From Candidatus Latescibacterota bacterium (GTDB taxonomy: Bacteria > Latescibacterota > UBA2968 > GCA-2709665), in the NCBI GenBank assembly GCA_965237675.1, contig OZ250150.1, positions 5,152,001-5,216,000 of the forward strand: a stretch of 64,000 bases of DNA. Reading direction: 5' to 3'. Under the pieces are notes generated by a model. The model did not search any database and was not told the origin of the DNA. It saw only the letters and a program-made list of their open reading frames with translations. The position numbers and the translations under genes are program-made. Position 1 is the stretch's first letter; the number at the start of each line of letters is the position of its first letter. Of the stretch, positions 50,825 to 61,500 are shown piece by piece.

Positions 50825-52042
50825 CTACAGATTCGCGGCGACTTTATTAATTGCAGTCCCGATGTCTCGTATGTCCGACTCTTCCATATGTTCATGGATT
50901 CCTCGAACCGCGACCGTCCGCAAACCCGCCACGGCCCGAGGGGTTGTGTCGGGCCCATAATGGTACTCGCGGTCCGTCGCCCCGCAGGTGAATGGGCATC
51001 CGCTATTTCCGTAGGTGATCTTCCCGGTCAGGTATCTCCCGCGCATGAATATGGGGTCACCAATATAGTGCGCTCCCACCGCAACCCCCTCGGCGGACAC
51101 CGCCTTGCAGAACCGATCGGGATCGTGACCCGTCACGTGAAATATGAAATTCCACCACGACACCTCCCGATCAGGCTCCGAGGGCACGGGCTCGATTCCC
51201 GGCGCATCCGCGATCAACTCACACAACAGCCGCCCCAGGTGAATCCGGCGCTCTACAACGGCCCTGACCTTTTCCAACTGCGCCAGACCCACCGCCCCCT
51301 GCATCTCCGTCATACGATACGTCGGCGCCAGAAATCCGTGGTCCCGCTCGCCCAGGTACTTGTAGTCCCATCCCTTATCGGAAAACAGCTTCAGGCGAAC
51401 GTATGTCTCTTCATTGTTGGTAACGGTCATCCCGCCGTCGCCGGTCGTCATGTGTTTGGACTGCTGCAGGCTGAAACAACCGATATGTCCGAACGTCCCC
51501 ACGTACCGGCCCCTGAATCTGGTTGCGTGGGCCTGGCTGCAATCCTCGATCAGGATAAGATTGTATCGATCCGCAATATCTACAACCGCGTCCACGTCGC
51601 ACGGCCTTCCAAACAGGTGCACCAGAATAATCGCCCGGGTCCGGTCCGTAATGGCCGCCTCGATAGACCCGGGCGTCATGTTCAATGTCCTCGGATCCAC
51701 GTCGGCGAATACCGGCACCGCGTTCTGCTGCAGGATAGGCATCACGCTGCCGGGATCGGTAACGGGCGCGGTGATGATCTCATCGCCCGGCTCCGGGTTC
51801 ACGGCCCCCACGGCAAGGTGGATGGCCGCCGATCCACCCGTGGAACTCTGCGCGTATCTGACGCCGTAGAGGTCGGCAAAAGCCTCCTCGAATTCCCTTA
51901 CGAACCTGCCGCTCTTTCCGAACAGATTCTGGGTGCGCACTGCTGCGATCAACAATTCCTCCTCCCGCGCCCCAAACGGCGCCCTCGCCGGAAACGGGCG
52001 GGTCCGTACCTTCGGCCCTCCGTGGATCGCCAGTTTCTCCAT
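50825..52042 (-). CDS. DegT/DnrJ/EryC1/StrS family PLP aminotransferase
   Basis: PGDEII, PVFADVDP, VHLFG, IEDCSQAH, FSLQQSKHMTTGDGG, YRMTE. Confidence 0.93.
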   Translation of the reverse strand: MEKLAIHGGPKVRTRPFPARAPFGAREEELLIAAVRTQNLFGKSGRFVREFEEAFADLYGVRYAQSSTGGSAAIHLAVGAVNPEPGDEIITAPVTDPGSVMPILQQNAVPVFADVDPRTLNMTPGSIEAAITDRTRAIILVHLFGRPCDVDAVVDIADRYNLILIEDCSQAHATRFRGRYVGTFGHIGCFSLQQSKHMTTGDGGMTVTNNEETYVRLKLFSDKGWDYKYLGERDHGFLAPTYRMTEMQGAVGLAQLEKVRAVVERRIHLGRLLCELIADAPGIEPVPSEPDREVSWWNFIFHVTGHDPDRFCKAVSAEGVAVGAHYIGDPIFMRGRYLTGKITYGNSGCPFTCGATDREYHYGPDTTPRAVAGLRTVAVRGIHEHMEESDIRDIGTAINKVAANL

Positions 52043-52054
52043 CTTTCCTCCCAC

Positions 52055-52134
52055 AAAAAAAATCCAGGAGCGAGGAATCAGAATCCGGAAGGAAAACCGG
52101 GTTCTCTTCTAAATCCTGACCCCTGACCCCTGGA
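52055..52134 (-). repeat. degenerate inverted heptamer array forming a hairpin followed by a T-tract on the minus strand
   Basis: TCCAGGA GCGAGGA ATCAGAA TCCGGAA facing TTCTAAA TCCTGAC CCCTGAC CCCTGGA; A-tract at 52055-52062. Confidence 0.5.
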
Positions 52135-52190
52135 CCTTGCGAAAGCGAACCGCCCCATCGTCATCGGCCCCGATCGGTGACTACAAGCCT

Positions 52191-54593
52191 TCACCGCTCC
52201 AATCTGAACAGGACCTCCTTCTCAGCCTCCGCGTTCCCATTCTGATCGACAACGCGCACCGTCAGCCGGTTTACACCGGATTTGGCATTCTTGAGATCCA
52301 TCTCGAAATACTCCTGCAAATCCGTCTCTCCACGGACCTGCTCCGTCGCAACCGACACCTCGGGATTGCGTTCACCCCTGCGGAGCAGTCGTCCCACACC
52401 GGCCCACATCCGTCCGAACGTACCGCCCTTCTCCGGCATCGAATGAATCGTATAATGCAACGTGAATCGACTCTGCCCGAACCCATCGGCCTTGAGCCCG
52501 TACGCCTCGTAATATACAAACGGATGCTGGTTCATCCGATACGTCTTGGTTGTCATCGGAATCACCCAGATACCGCCCCCCTTGGCGTATTTCTCCAGGC
52601 CGCCCTCCGTCGAGACCTGAAACCCCAATTCCAGGCCGCTCAACTTCAACGTATCGCGGGAATAGTCCTCCACCTCGAGACGTTCTTTGTAAATGCCCGA
52701 ATGGCCGGAAACCAGATCCTTGACCTGAACGCGCAGATCGTATCTGCCGGGGCTCACGTCCAGCGCAAGCTGATTCGGAATAAAGGTTCCTTTCCCCGTA
52801 TATAGTTCCTTCGACGTGCGCAATACCAGTTCCTCACTATCCTGCAGCGTCTGGCCGGTTTCCGTATCGAACAGGGCGATCGCGCACCCCATCCGGACCA
52901 CGGGCTGCTCGTCTGATTCCGACTCTCTCAGGCTGCGCGGTGGAATACCGTAATAGACCTCCACCCGCGTCTTGCCATTGGATCCTCGAAACGTCGCCCG
53001 ATCGTAGTAAAAATCCAGAAATGCCTCGCGGCCGCCCGGCAGATAGTGCTCGGGCATCTGCCGGATGCTCCGGTTCATCACCATTGCCGGCGAGAATTTC
53101 ACCATCCGGCTGGTCCGCCGCAACGCGCCATCATCGAATGCCGCCGCGGGCACGGGCGCAAAATCAAACTTCCCGCCACCCCATTCGTTGGTAAACACAA
53201 CCTCGATCCCCCCGGCGACGCCGGTATACACCCACGACTCCCATCTTATGTAGGACATGAAGTCCCCACCGGCCGCCTGCGTGCGGTTCGGGGATAGCGT
53301 CACCTCATAGTTTTCGCTATTCAGCGCCGACAGATCGGCCGGCGCCAGCGGGTCGTCGATCAGCGCGGGCGCCCCCTCCTCAACCTCCAGGGGGTCCGGC
53401 GCCGCGCCCTGATCGGTTCCCGGCGGCATTTCAAAGGGGAAATCCAGGCCCACCTCGTGCATCCTGCGAATCGGGAATACCGGTCCCCGGCCCACCTCGG
53501 CCATGCCCAGGGGACCGTAAATATCGTGCGCGACACGTTCCTTGATTCTCTCCACGGAAACAGGCATCGGCGGCGTTACCCCGGCTGACGACGACCGGTA
53601 ATCCGGAGCGCCGTACCGAATATAGACCTCTCCCCGCCGGTCCCACGGGTGGGCCATCTCAGAGAACCCAGTCCTGGAATACCACACCCGGCGATAGTGC
53701 TCCAGCTTGCGTTCGTTCACCGCAGTCATCAGATCCGGGTCCCTCACCGACCAGAACCTTACCAGATACTCCCGCCGCGCCGCCGGATCATCCGCCGTCG
53801 CCCGGTAAGCGAGGAGTTCTTCCCTGGATGCGATCAAACTCACATCCTGATACAACTGGCGTTCCTCCGGCGGCATTCTGGAAAACCCACGGCCATAGTA
53901 CTGCATTGACAGGTTTAGGGCCTTTCGGCTCGCACAGGCCTGCGCCACCACGGGCAACAACAACCCCTCGTCCGTTGCCACCTCCAGGGAATCCAGCGCC
54001 TGCGAGGGCAATTCTTCAAGAACCCCCGACCGAACATATGCTGTGACCACGGCCCGGAGTACCGCCGGATCCCGCGTCGGTTCTACCGAGAGAGAGCGCA
54101 CATAGGCATTGAGCGACTTGTCATAGTCCTCGATATCGGAATAAAGTCGCCCCAGAAGCCGGTGGGCCAATTCGAACTCTGGCGAAAGCCCGACGGCCTG
54201 CGACGCATGGTAGATCGTCTGCTCGGAAAACCTTCCTTTTTCTCCCTCCGCCGTCCCCGACCGATAGGACGCCAGCGCCATGCCGAAATGCGCCGGTGCA
54301 AAATCGTCGTTCTGCGAAAGGGCCGAATGAAACGCCTCCTTGGCGCCCACCGGATCCGCCTTCAGCAACCGGGCGTACCCGATCCGGGTATTGTGACCAG
54401 CCGGATCCCCCACCAATTGCGGCCAGTACACCCGTACCGCACGCTGCACCTCCCAGTCAGGTGCAGGGCCGGCGGTTGAACCCCCGACCGCTTCCGGCGC
54501 TCCTTGTTCGGCGCGGGCAGCCAGACCTCCCATCAGCAAGACGGTCAAACCCGCGAGCCCGAGCACCATCCTCCGTGATCGAATCCTGTACAT
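52191..54593 (-). CDS. exported TPR + GWxTD-type domain protein
   Basis: signal peptide ending ARA; TPRs; FWSVRDPD.MT.VNERKLEHYRRVWY....F....WDRRGEVYIRYGAPD; C-terminal beta-sandwich region shared with 40622-44371. Confidence 0.82.
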   Translation of the reverse strand: MYRIRSRRMVLGLAGLTVLLMGGLAARAEQGAPEAVGGSTAGPAPDWEVQRAVRVYWPQLVGDPAGHNTRIGYARLLKADPVGAKEAFHSALSQNDDFAPAHFGMALASYRSGTAEGEKGRFSEQTIYHASQAVGLSPEFELAHRLLGRLYSDIEDYDKSLNAYVRSLSVEPTRDPAVLRAVVTAYVRSGVLEELPSQALDSLEVATDEGLLLPVVAQACASRKALNLSMQYYGRGFSRMPPEERQLYQDVSLIASREELLAYRATADDPAARREYLVRFWSVRDPDLMTAVNERKLEHYRRVWYSRTGFSEMAHPWDRRGEVYIRYGAPDYRSSSAGVTPPMPVSVERIKERVAHDIYGPLGMAEVGRGPVFPIRRMHEVGLDFPFEMPPGTDQGAAPDPLEVEEGAPALIDDPLAPADLSALNSENYEVTLSPNRTQAAGGDFMSYIRWESWVYTGVAGGIEVVFTNEWGGGKFDFAPVPAAAFDDGALRRTSRMVKFSPAMVMNRSIRQMPEHYLPGGREAFLDFYYDRATFRGSNGKTRVEVYYGIPPRSLRESESDEQPVVRMGCAIALFDTETGQTLQDSEELVLRTSKELYTGKGTFIPNQLALDVSPGRYDLRVQVKDLVSGHSGIYKERLEVEDYSRDTLKLSGLELGFQVSTEGGLEKYAKGGGIWVIPMTTKTYRMNQHPFVYYEAYGLKADGFGQSRFTLHYTIHSMPEKGGTFGRMWAGVGRLLRRGERNPEVSVATEQVRGETDLQEYFEMDLKNAKSGVNRLTVRVVDQNGNAEAEKEVLFRLER

Positions 54594-54747
54594 CGTTATC
54601 GCCCTCTTTTCAGGTTGGCGCCAATACGTCAGACCGCACCCATCTTCTCAGAGGCGCGGCAATGGAAACCATGGTTCTGCTCCCGATAACATTAGGATGC
54701 CCACAGGCGAAATGGGTTCCAGAAAACCCGGGAATCGCCAGAAGGCC

Positions 54748-54911
54748 GTGAGAGGGAAGAGGGTAGACGTAAGAGGTGTTGATGACTTTTCCATTTGAGA
54801 CACCCGTAAATGGACACTCGTTGTGTGAAACGAGAAGCGTACTGAGAAGGGGAGCGTGAGATCCGTGGGGTGCGGTGTGGACTTCTTACCTATCCCCTCT
54901 TACCTCTTCCC
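54748..54911. repeat. inverted heptamer-repeat element
   Basis: GTGAGAG GGAAGAG GGTAGAC GTAAGAG facing TTCTTAC CTATCCC CTCTTAC CTCTTCC. Confidence 0.55.
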
Positions 54912-54923
54912 GCTCCTGGCAAT

Positions 54924-54958
54924 AAGAAAGGAGGACGATCCCGCGGACCGCCCCCCTT
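54924..54958 (-). terminator. intrinsic terminator after the PorV-like gene
   Basis: minus strand GGGGGGCGGTCC-gc-GGGATCGTCCTCC-TTTCTT, about 20 nt after the stop. Confidence 0.65.
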
Positions 54959-54980
54959 AATTTAAAGCGCTTTCCCGCCC

Positions 54981-56024
54981 TTAGAACGTCCCGCCCACGG
55001 ACAGACGCAGAGGGGGATCGAAAATACCCAGATCCGGGTTATGGTAGGAGAGATCCACGGTGACCAGCTGACCGCCCGCCAGTTCGTGCTTCAGGCCGGC
55101 ACCGACGCTCCAGCTTTCAAGAGCCGAATGCGTCCGGTAACCCGCCCGAAGCGCCAGCGTGTTTTCCAGCCAGAGTTCCCCGCCCACGCGGGTAATCGGC
55201 CGGAAGTCGGTAACGAACTCGTGCTCGAGCGAAAGCGTGAAGAAGCCCGGATCGCCCTTCTGACCGAATATCTCCATCGCTCCGCCAAGGGAGTACGTGG
55301 TGGGCATGGCGGCCGTGAAACCACCCTCGGTCACCTTCACATTCGGACCCAGGTTCCGGAAACTCATGGCAATCCGGCTGCTCCGATACCCGGTGTAAAA
55401 GTGGGTGCCGATGTTGTAGTCGATGGTGGACACCTTCTCCAGGTAGAGATCTTCCTGCATCCAGCGGATCTGACCGCCCAGCATGAATTTATCGGTCATC
55501 TTTTTGGCAAAAACCGCGCCAATGGCGATATCGCCCACCTGCGCCTTGGTGCCCGTACCCCAGGGCGCCGTCGGCGTGGTGACATCGAATTCTTCCGCCG
55601 CAAAACTGGTTACTGTAAATCCGATGACCCCGAACCCGGCATTGAATGCCAGCGCGCCGGAAACCACGGAAGAATTGGCCAGCCAGCGGGTATAGTTCAG
55701 TGTATAGGCTACATTTTCGATGTGCCCCAGGCCGGAGGCGTTCCAGAAGGCGGCCGAAATGTCATCCGCGATGGCTGTATAAGCCCCGCCCATGGCCTCG
55801 GCGCGGGCCCCCTGGCCGATCTTCAGGAAGGGGAATTCCGAGAGCCCAACCCGTTCGGCCCACAGACCCCAGGCCTTGTCTACGTTCTCCATCTTCGGAT
55901 CGATCAGCGCCCCTTTGCGCGTCTCGGCTCCGGGCGCCGGCTGCTCAACGGCCAGCGCCGGCTTCACGGAAAGGAGAGCGACGGTCACGAGGACCAACCC
56001 CAAGATGATCCATCCCTTTTTCAT
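54981..56024 (-). CDS. PorV/PorQ family outer-membrane beta-barrel
   Basis: signal peptide; FLKIGQGARAEAMGGAYTAIADDISAAFWN..GL signature; LALRAGY; C-terminal Phe; AAGGAG RBS. Confidence 0.85.
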   Translation of the reverse strand: MKKGWIILGLVLVTVALLSVKPALAVEQPAPGAETRKGALIDPKMENVDKAWGLWAERVGLSEFPFLKIGQGARAEAMGGAYTAIADDISAAFWNASGLGHIENVAYTLNYTRWLANSSVVSGALAFNAGFGVIGFTVTSFAAEEFDVTTPTAPWGTGTKAQVGDIAIGAVFAKKMTDKFMLGGQIRWMQEDLYLEKVSTIDYNIGTHFYTGYRSSRIAMSFRNLGPNVKVTEGGFTAAMPTTYSLGGAMEIFGQKGDPGFFTLSLEHEFVTDFRPITRVGGELWLENTLALRAGYRTHSALESWSVGAGLKHELAGGQLVTVDLSYHNPDLGIFDPPLRLSVGGTF

Positions 56025-56054
56025 AGCAATTCTCCTTAAACGTCGCGAGGTTCG

Positions 56055-58442
56055 TTAACGGATCACCACAAACGTGCCGGTCTTGATCTTTCCGGCGCCT
56101 GCCGAACCTTCCACGCCGTGCACGGCATAGAAATAGATTCCCGGGCCGACAATCGCCCGGATGGTCGAATAAGGCCGGCCGTTCCATCTGGTCTCACTAT
56201 TTCTTATGCCCTTCTGACGCAACACCTGGATCAGCTGCCCGGCGGTATTGAAAATATAAATGTACGAGTTGGAAGGCACGTTTACAAACCGGATACTCAG
56301 ACCGCCGCCGTACTCGTTGGTCCCGTTGGCCATGTAAGGGTTCGGGACCACCACAATATCGCGTTCCAACGCGTCCGCGGCCGCTACGTACGGCAACTGC
56401 GGGGACCCCCGGTTCACCTGGAGGAAGTTGGAATACGGACCTTCCTGTCCGTTCTGCAGAAACTTCTGCGCCCTGGGCGGGAGATCCGCGAAGGTCTTGG
56501 TGCCGTCGTTGTTCACCCAGTCGTCGTGCGGTTTCTGGTAGGCCCGGACGTTGTAGTAATAGAAAAAACCCGCATTGGAACTCGCGTCGGACCAGCCGTA
56601 CATTCCCGGCCGGCCGGCCCGCCGGCCCTGGCTGGCCTGAATGGCCAGTTCCTCACCCGAGATGTCGTCGCCCTCGGCTGCAGCTACCGGCCAATCCGCG
56701 CCGCCATCGTAAGATACACCCGCAGGCAGCGGTCCACCCACGGGCAGGTCGGCGACAAGGTTGAACGGCCCGGTGGCCGTGAGCGTTCCCCGAAGACCGC
56801 GATAGATGCGGAACCCTGCGACGTCGGCAACGTTGTAATCGGGATGGATGGCGCCCTGGGCTTCGGCCGCCCAGAACAGCTTCACCTTCGCATTCTGGTC
56901 GCTCTTCGCGTAGACGTCGATGTCGGGAGGACCATCCGGGATATCAAAACCGCTCTGATAGGCGAATATCGCGTGCTCCAGATGCTCTACAATCGCCTGT
57001 TCGCCCTGAAAAAAACTGGCCTTGTCCGCAGTGAGCGACCACTGCCAGATGTCCATGGGACTCTTACCCGGTCCGCCGTACTCTGCGCCGGAGCCGGCCA
57101 CAAACGCCACAACGACCTTGGCCTTGTCACCCGGTCCGAGCGCCCAGGGACCGTACACCTGCGCGTTCGTGAAACCGCCCACCCCGGTGGGGTTGTCCTG
57201 CGCGGACGTCGCCGTCAACTTGGCAAACGCCTCCGCAGGGGTCTCTCCCTCGAGGACGGGCTCGTCGTAGTCGGCGGTGGTGCGTACGTTCCACCAGCCC
57301 TGGTAGACCGGCTGGTCCCCGTCGGGCTGCACGTACTGACCCACATCGTGCATATTGAATGCGTGTCTCGGGTCTGCAGCGTTGTCGGCGAACGCGATCG
57401 GCGCCATGCCCACGAAGGAATGCGAAGCCAGTTTGCCGTCGGGGAAGGCCATCTCCTTCAGGTCGGAGGTTTCGATGTCCTTATTCCACGGGTCGCCGGT
57501 ATCTTCCCAGGCCCTGAACGGGCTGTCGCCGTCGAACTGATAGCTCAACTTGAGACCCTGCGCCCGTGCCGCGCTGATGGACACCGGGCCGCCGGGACCG
57601 CCGTCCACGTAGTTGCCGGCCTCGGTGTAGCGAAAATGATCGTCGAGAGATTGGTCCAACCACCGCCACCATCGGCCGCCGCCCTGGTTGTTGTCCGCCG
57701 TCTCGTTGACTTTCCAGGTGGCCACCAGCGGCAGGTACACCTCGTTGTGGCGCGTGCTGCCGATATTTTCGAGGGTGTATTCCACGATGACAAAATCGTC
57801 GAACATCTGGTGAGCCCAGTTGTGAACCTTCCGGGTTATCGTGATGTCGAACCTGTTGTTCCACTTGGCAATCAGAATCTCTTCGGCAAACGCATCGTCC
57901 GGCGTGTATTCTCCGGGCGAGAAGTTATGGATGAGTCTGGGCGGCGCGCTGGTGTCCATCTCATCCGGCACGTCCGCGCCCGGCCAGTAGTTGCTGGACG
58001 GCGAGAACGACCCGGAACGCCCCTGCTCCCACTCCGTTGCCGCGCCGAGACCCGCCTCGGGCCCGCTTGACGGGTCGTATACCAGCGGTGTGATACCGAC
58101 GCTCTTGCCCCTGGGGCCGGTCCATGCCGCATCCACGCCGCCGGGCCCCACCACCATGATCCAGGTGCCGAAACCAACGGCGTTGCCGCCCCGGCGGGTA
58201 TAGTTGGAACTGGCGTTGCTGGCGGGGATGTTCGCCCAGCCGGGGTACCAGAACATATCCGGCTCGCCCGTCTGCCCGCTTCCCAAGTTCCAGCCGCCCA
58301 TGGTTCCATCCGTGTTCCAGCTAACCTGGACGTGCCCCCGGCTGGTCGACAGCCTCGGGGTGTCGCTCTGGTCTACGGCCCAAGCGCCCACTGGCAGGAG
58401 CAAGCCGCAGACAAGCGCCATAAGCTTGATGCCTGGTTTCAT
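56055..58442 (-). CDS. secreted protein with FN3-like region and C-terminal T9SS type-A-sorting-like domain
   Basis: signal peptide ending AWA; VKLFW..D..GFRIYRG; C-terminal VVPNPY..IRFVN.P....IYIFN.AGQLI..L..W.G....GIYFY.V....KTGTFVVIR. Confidence 0.78.
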   Translation of the reverse strand: MKPGIKLMALVCGLLLPVGAWAVDQSDTPRLSTSRGHVQVSWNTDGTMGGWNLGSGQTGEPDMFWYPGWANIPASNASSNYTRRGGNAVGFGTWIMVVGPGGVDAAWTGPRGKSVGITPLVYDPSSGPEAGLGAATEWEQGRSGSFSPSSNYWPGADVPDEMDTSAPPRLIHNFSPGEYTPDDAFAEEILIAKWNNRFDITITRKVHNWAHQMFDDFVIVEYTLENIGSTRHNEVYLPLVATWKVNETADNNQGGGRWWRWLDQSLDDHFRYTEAGNYVDGGPGGPVSISAARAQGLKLSYQFDGDSPFRAWEDTGDPWNKDIETSDLKEMAFPDGKLASHSFVGMAPIAFADNAADPRHAFNMHDVGQYVQPDGDQPVYQGWWNVRTTADYDEPVLEGETPAEAFAKLTATSAQDNPTGVGGFTNAQVYGPWALGPGDKAKVVVAFVAGSGAEYGGPGKSPMDIWQWSLTADKASFFQGEQAIVEHLEHAIFAYQSGFDIPDGPPDIDVYAKSDQNAKVKLFWAAEAQGAIHPDYNVADVAGFRIYRGLRGTLTATGPFNLVADLPVGGPLPAGVSYDGGADWPVAAAEGDDISGEELAIQASQGRRAGRPGMYGWSDASSNAGFFYYYNVRAYQKPHDDWVNNDGTKTFADLPPRAQKFLQNGQEGPYSNFLQVNRGSPQLPYVAAADALERDIVVVPNPYMANGTNEYGGGLSIRFVNVPSNSYIYIFNTAGQLIQVLRQKGIRNSETRWNGRPYSTIRAIVGPGIYFYAVHGVEGSAGAGKIKTGTFVVIR

Positions 58443-58467
58443 ACTTGCTTCTCCCTTATTCTCTAAG

Positions 58468-58493
58468 GGGGGCGGGAAAAAACGCCCGCCCCC
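58468..58493. other. intergenic stem-loop between the TBDR and CTD-protein genes
   Basis: GGGGGCGGG-aaaaaacg-CCCGCCCCC, perfect 9-bp stem. Confidence 0.55.
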
Positions 58494-58508
58494 GAATAGT
58501 TGCCATAC

Positions 58509-61500
58509 TCAGAAGTTGATTTTCAGACCCACGCCCAACTCGCGCGGCTTTCCGTAGTACCGGGTCAACTCGTTGTAATCCCCGTAGTCCAGATAGTCCT
58601 GGTCGTTCGGCCTGGGCACGTTCAGACCCCACCGCACGAAGTCAGGATAAGAACCGGCTACCGGGCTGTCCTGCTGGTTGAACAGGTTGAACACCTCCAC
58701 GTAGAAAATCGCGTTCCGGTGCCCGCCTTCCACGAGCGTTTTCTCAACCTGCAGATCGGTCCAGGTCCGCACGGGCCTGTGGCGCAACTCCGGCTGCTTG
58801 CCAGGCGGCGTGTACCACAGCGGCCTGCCGCTCTGGATACGCCAGACCATATTCGCGCGCAGGCCGCCCGCCACGTGGAACTGGCGCAACCCGGGGCCGA
58901 AGTCCACGGGCGTGTCCAGGTACAGCGAGAGGCTGGACTGGATACGAAGGTCGGAACTCTTCGGATTGAACAGCCGGCCGCCGCCGTAGGTGGGCTGCCA
59001 CACGCCGTTCATATTGGCCGGCGCGTCGTAGGCCTTCTGGATATCCATGAACTCGAAGACAACGTATTGATAGCCGTTGATCATGGCGTTGGAGCGGCCC
59101 CGCCAGTTCCTGGCCGCCCTTCCGGCGAATTCCATCCGCTCTTCCAGCGTGTAATCCTTGCGCACGTACTGCGAGCCGCTCCATTCCCAATCGTGATACT
59201 GATCCGAGTTCATCACGTACGAGGAATCGGGGTAGAACATGGTGGCGTTGGAACCCACGCGCGCGGAGGACGCCCAACCGAAGTTGATCGCCGCGTTGAA
59301 CGAGAAGTAGTGGCTGAAGCCCTTGCGCACGTGCAACTCAAAGCCTCTCATGTCCTGGAAACCGCTGGGCTTGCGGCCCCAGACCCACGTTGTCCGCTGC
59401 GGCTCGTACCAGTACCGGCTTCCGGAGTTGATCTTGCCCAGGGCGCTCTTGTAGTAGGCCGCCATACCCGCCGTATAGTCAGCCACGAAGTTCCAGTCGG
59501 CGCCCGCCTCGTAAGCCCGGGTACGCGTGAGGGCAACGTAGGGGTTCGCCATCCGGACCTGCCCGTGCAGACCCCGGAACGCATCCCAGGCCACGTTAGC
59601 GTCGGGGCCGTTGGCCCGCCACTGTTCACGGAAGAACTCAAACAAGTCGGGCACTTTCGCATACAGACCCGCCGTAAAGTGGAAGGCGGACCGGTGCGTG
59701 ATGGGATGGGAGACCCCGAAGCGCGGGCTGACCTGGGTCGCCCACTGCGGGTCGACCGTGGCCATATCCACGTGCTTGATGAGCCAGCGGTACTGCGGCG
59801 TCTGAAGCTGCGACACATTGTAAAACTTGTGGTTCGTGTAAAGCGCGTCGAATCGGATGCCCGCGTTCATCACCATGCCCTCGAACTCCATCTTGTCCTG
59901 CAGATAAAATCCGATCTGAATGGGGTTGATGGGGGCTTTCACGTCGGGCAGATTGCCCGAGTGGGTGATGAAGTCGACGATCCGCTGGCTGGGGTTGGGT
60001 GCATTGTAGTTCAGATAATAGATGCTGAAACGGGTCAGATCCATACCCGCCTTGACGAAGTGCCCCTTGGTGACCTGCGAAGACACGTCCAGCTTGAGGT
60101 TCAGCCGGCTCCTGTCGGCGATGGTATAGTTCGCGACATAGTTGGGCTTCACGTTGAACCAGCCGTCGAGGTCCTTTTCGCCGAATACCGTTAACGGGAA
60201 CCCGAACTGATCCTTCGGCCAGTTGGTATGTTGCGTATCTTCGGCAGTAGTGTAGAACGACACCCTGGCTTCGTAGAACGTCTTCGGGGATACCGTATGG
60301 GTCAGCGACGCATAGGTGACCTGATCCGAAATTCTGCGTCCGCCCGCGCCGGACCCCTCGGGCAGGAAGATATTCTGACCGTTGGAACGCCTGTCGCGCT
60401 GGGTGTTCGTTCCAATATTGTAAATTTCCGCCACTGAGTAAATGTGCCCGATACTCACCTTGGCGTCGGCGCCGGGGCGGAACGTCAGCTTTGCATTTCC
60501 GCGGAAATCGATCGGCGTACTCAGCGTGGGAAACCCGCCAGACATCACGCTGTTGAGGCTGGTGGCGCCAAGGCTCGGGTCGAATGTGGCAGTGCGAGCG
60601 GAGGTGTTCATCACGTCGGTGGGCTGCCGGGTCCACCGGGCGCTCGCGAAGAAACTGGCCTGGTCGCCCAGCGGGCCCGAAATGCCGCCCTCGATATAGG
60701 AACCCTTCACGTCGGTATAGTCCACGGAGTTGTGCGCCAGGCCCACCTCGTCGTCGGGTGTTCCCGGAACGCCATCGTCTCCGTCGCTCAGGGTCACGGT
60801 TTCCGCGCGCCACTCCCTGTTGTCCCATTTGAGCCTGTCACGGTGATACGCGCTTTCGTAGAGATTGGCGCCCCAATGCTTCTGGCCCGGGGGCGTATAG
60901 CGGAAATCGCCCCAACCACGAAAGTCGCGTCCGCCGTCTTTCGTAACGATCGAAATGGCGCCCGATTCCAGGTTGCCGTATTCCGCGCTCGCGCCGCCCG
61001 AAATCACCGTGATTTCCTGCACCGCGGTCTTGGAGACGCCGGTGAACTGCCGGCCGTATCCGTCGTTGTTCGGCAGCACCACGCCGTCCACCATCAGGAT
61101 ACCGTCCCTGGAGTCGCCGCCGCGGATGACCGTGGCATTGGTCAGATTCACGCCCGGATTCAACGCGACCAGATCGGTGACCGAACGCGCCATTGGCAAC
61201 GACTCAAGCTGCTCCGCGCTCATCACGTAATGACTGGTGGTCTTGTCCGGCTCCACGGGCGGGCGTTCGGCGATAACGACCAATTCCTCGGCTTCGAGCG
61301 CCGTCTCTCTCAACTGGAAATCGACGGTTGCGGTGAAGTCCGTCAGAATTAGCACGTCCGTCTGCGAAACCGCGTTGTAACCCACCATCGACGCCACCAG
61401 CGTGATGTTGCCCGGATCTACTGACAGAATCAGATAGTATCCGTCCGCGTCGGTCTGGGCGCCCCTGCGCGTCCCCTCAATAACGATATTCACGCCCGGC

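Noticed and set aside
56118-60194. Long plus-strand ORFs (56118-58070, 58500-60194) and similar shadows at 37758-39563, 50888-52126 and 3635-4813
   Set aside because: They are antisense shadows of well-supported genes, expected from GC-rich codon bias; no motifs or RBS.
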